A stretch of DNA of 64,000 nt from contig CATNEN010000038.1 of NCBI GenBank assembly GCA_950097015.1, positions 32,488,001-32,552,000 of the forward strand, read 5' to 3'. This stretch comes from Macrostomum hystrix (Eukaryota > Animalia > Platyhelminthes). Under the pieces are notes generated by a model, which was not told the origin of the DNA, did no database searches, and saw only the letters and a program-made list of their open reading frames with translations. A program made the translations under genes and the position numbers. Shown here piece by piece: positions 61,701 through 64,000 of this stretch; position 1 is the first letter of the stretch; every line of letters starts with the position of its first letter.

Positions 61701-64000
61701 GTACTGCCAGTCTGCAATTAGTCACCTTAACTTAGTCTAGGGTTTTGCCAGCCTGCAATAAGTCACTTTAATTTCGTCTAGGGTTCTGCCAGTCTGCAAT
61801 TAGTCACTTTAATTTCGTCTAGGGTTCTGCCAGTCTGCAATTAGTCACTTTAATTTCGTCTAGGGTTCTGCCAGCCTGCAATAAGTCACTTTAATTTCGT
61901 CTAAGGTTCTGCCAGTCTGCAATTAGTCACTTTAATTTCGTCTAGGGTTCTGCCAGTCGGCAATTAGTCACTTCAATTTCGTCTAGGGTTCTGCCAGTCT
62001 GCAATTAGTCACTTTAATTTCGTCTAGGGTTCTGCCAGTCTGCAATTAGTCACTTTAATTTCGTCTAGGGTTCTGCCTAGGGACTATTATAAAATAAAGT
62101 GAATAAATGTGTTAAAAAATCACTCAATGCATATTTAAGCGAACAACATTGCAGCCATGAAAATCTTTATACAATAGCCAGGCGAGTAGAAAAATTTAAC
62201 TGTCTCAATAAAATTATCTAGACGACTCGCTGCTTGTTTTACACTCTGAAAAGACACTGGAATGGAGCTAGTTCTAGTGTCTTTATATACACAGCTCCTA
62301 ACAATCAACATAATATGGACAAAAATGGACAAACACGCCGGGACTATGCTGTTAATAAAAAAAGCGTTTTCAGATGTGTTTACAGCCAATTTTTTATCAC
62401 TAAATAATATGCTACGAAGAAGCTTGTAATCACATTGTTGCTAAGAAACACGATTTTACAACTTACACGTAGAGCTGGATCCATTTCCTGGAAAATAAGT
62501 AGACACAGATAATTGTGAATGAGTAGGCATTTATATTCATCAGCAGAAATCCGTTATAAACAAATAATTAAATAGCATGCGAATCTATTTTAGTTAAGTT
62601 TCATATTGTTCGGAACAGATTTATATGATATAAATGTAATAATAGTATGATTTTCTAATGACTAACATCACCAAACATACGAGTACAACGATTAGTTGGA
62701 TATAACAAACAGACTGACGATAGCCGAAATAAAATGTGCACCTGTGAAAACTATGTTTAAGCATTGCAACCCAATTTAACAGTGTTTGATCCGAATAAAC
62801 GTGAGTGTGACAAAACCAGGACAGGTGATTCACCTTAGATAATTAAAGTTTTGAGATAACTAAGAGAATAGATAAAATGTTCGATAATCATAGGTGACAG
62901 AGATTGAAAATGGGAGAGAATATGGGTGAGATAGATAAAGACTAGAGAGATGGGTGAGATGAATGGAGAGATGAGAGATGGGTGAGATGAATGGAGAGAT
63001 GAGAGGAGATGGGTGAGATGGATGGAGAGATGAGATGGGTGAGATGGATGGAGAGATGAGAGATGGGTGAGATAGATGGAGAGATGAGAGATGGGTGAGA
63101 TGAATGGAGAGATGAGATGGGTGAGATGGATGGAGAGATGAGAGATGGGTGAGATAGATAGAGAGATGAGAGATGGGTGAGATGAATGGAGAGATGAGAG
63201 ATGGGTGAGATGAATGGAGAGATGAGAGGAGATGGGTGAGATGGATGGAGAGATGAGATGGGTGAGATGGATGGAGAGATGAGAGATGGATGGAGAGATG
63301 AGAGATGGATGAGATAGATGGAGAGATGAGAGATGGGTGAGATGAATGGAGAGATGAGATGGGTGAGATGGATGGAGAGATGAGAGATGGGTGAGATGGA
63401 TGGAGAGATGAGAGATGGGTGAGATGGATGGAGAGATGAGAGATGGGTGAGATAGATGGAGAGATGAGAGATGGGTGAGATAGATGGAGAGATGAGAGAT
63501 CGATGAGATGGATGGAGAGATGAGAGATCGATGAGATGGATGGAGAGATGAGAGATCGATGAGATGGATGGAGAGATGAGAGAAGGGTGAGATGAATGGA
63601 GAGATGAGAGATGGGTGAGATGGATGGAGAGATGAGAGGAGATGGGTGAGATGGATGGAGAGATGAGAGATGGGTGAGATGGATGGAGAGATGAGAGGAG
63701 ATGGGTGAGATGGATGGAGAGATGAGAGGAGATGGGTGAGATGGATGGAGAGATGAGAGGAGATGAGAGGCAAAGATAGTATCATATTTGTAGGGCGCCG
63801 GTCCAGAAAATGGCAATCCGCTCACCCTGACATCCTCAACGGTGGTGACATCGTCCATCTCGCCGGACTCATTCTTGGTCTCGGAGTAGATGCGCACGAG
63901 GAAATCGGCTTCCTGATTAGGCTCGAAGGTGCTGGGCACAATGGCGTAGGTGCCAGGGTCGAGTTTGTGCCGGCCGCAAACCTCGCGCAGGTTAATGAAA
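52774..64000 (-). CDS. Classical calpain, 3' half (end of domain III and penta-EF-hand domain); 5' part outside window
   Basis: Exons 64000-63826 (FINLREVCGRHKLDPGTYAIVPSTFEPNQEADFLVRIYSE), 60499-60364 (FQKIAGEDMEVDAYELRDIVN), 55238-55032 ([32 protein letters not shown]...), 53564-53389 and 52800-52774 (FLQAIIYV*). All junctions are GT-AG with compatible phases. Confidence 0.95.
52900..53345. repeat. 21-bp minisatellite (AGTAGATATAGTAGACAGAGA)n in the last calpain intron
   Basis: About 20 copies. Confidence 0.95.
53788..54206. mobile_element. MITE with TA flanks, animal EnSpm/CACTA-like termini
   Basis: TA|CCCTGTAAAAAAT ... ATTTTTAGCGGG|TA (imperfect TIR); repeated GGAATC/GATTCC motifs inside. 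The superfamily assignment is tentative. Confidence 0.65.
54569..54931 (+). mobile_element. tRNA-derived SINE family 1 with internal 27-bp tandem expansion
   Basis: B-box GAGTTCGATTCC; body matches 36443-36791; GTACAGTATCTGTGTGCGTGTGCCTGT amplified about 6 times; ~70-nt internal deletion. Confidence 0.8.
55391..57115. repeat. 31-bp minisatellite (GAGAACTGAGCACACACTGCTCACATTCACT)n
   Basis: About 55 copies; a variant unit dominates after ~56680. Confidence 0.95.
57621..58082. repeat. 16-bp minisatellite (GTGGAATGTCATGTAA)n
   Basis: About 28 copies. Confidence 0.95.
58757..59293. repeat. 16-bp minisatellite (ACAGGGGAGAGATGAG)n
   Basis: About 33 near-perfect copies. Confidence 0.95.
61657..62081. 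repeat. 41-bp minisatellite (TAGGGTTCTGCCAGTCTGCAATTAGTCACTTTAATTTCGTC)n
   Basis: About 10 copies. Confidence 0.95.
62920..63770. repeat. GA-rich ~28-bp repeat (GAGAGATGGGTGAGATGGATGGAGAGAT)n
   Basis: Tandem copies with length variants, in a calpain intron. Confidence 0.95.

Noticed and set aside
19647-63770. Regular 29-45-bp repeat arrays as CRISPR arrays
   Set aside because: Units are contiguous with no unique spacers, there are no cas genes, and the context is eukaryotic.

Overview
Eukaryotic (metazoan) genomic DNA: GT-AG introns, GC-rich exons, AT-rich introns and many minisatellites. The overall style suggests a free-living flatworm such as Macrostomum, but that is inference only. Genes assembled by eye from splice signals: three paralogous rhodopsin-like 7TM receptors (one partial on +, two complete 3-exon copies on -), an RRM/low-complexity/coiled-coil protein (-), a CNBD2-like tandem cyclic-nucleotide-binding-domain protein (+), a coiled-coil/NHL-repeat protein (-), an intronless single-pass membrane protein (+) and the 3' half of a classical calpain (-). 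The rest is a dense transposon record: an internally deleted Tc1/mariner with DD38D spacing, a Gypsy LTR element nested in another Gypsy, three piggyBac-like MITEs, hAT-like and CACTA-like MITEs, a decayed Crypton-like tyrosine recombinase, two Ingi/I-like LINE fragments (one with a 2A-like motif), tRNA-derived SINEs including a CORE-SINE, and about 17 tandem arrays. Best leads: (1) candidate frame-preserving 6-, 21- and 39-nt microexons in the calpain; (2) intronic minisatellites mostly oriented so the pre-mRNA strand has no AG; (3) near-identical GPCR paralogs that differ mainly in extracellular loops. No CRISPR array, rRNA or true tRNA gene was found. Everything was read manually, with no database searches.
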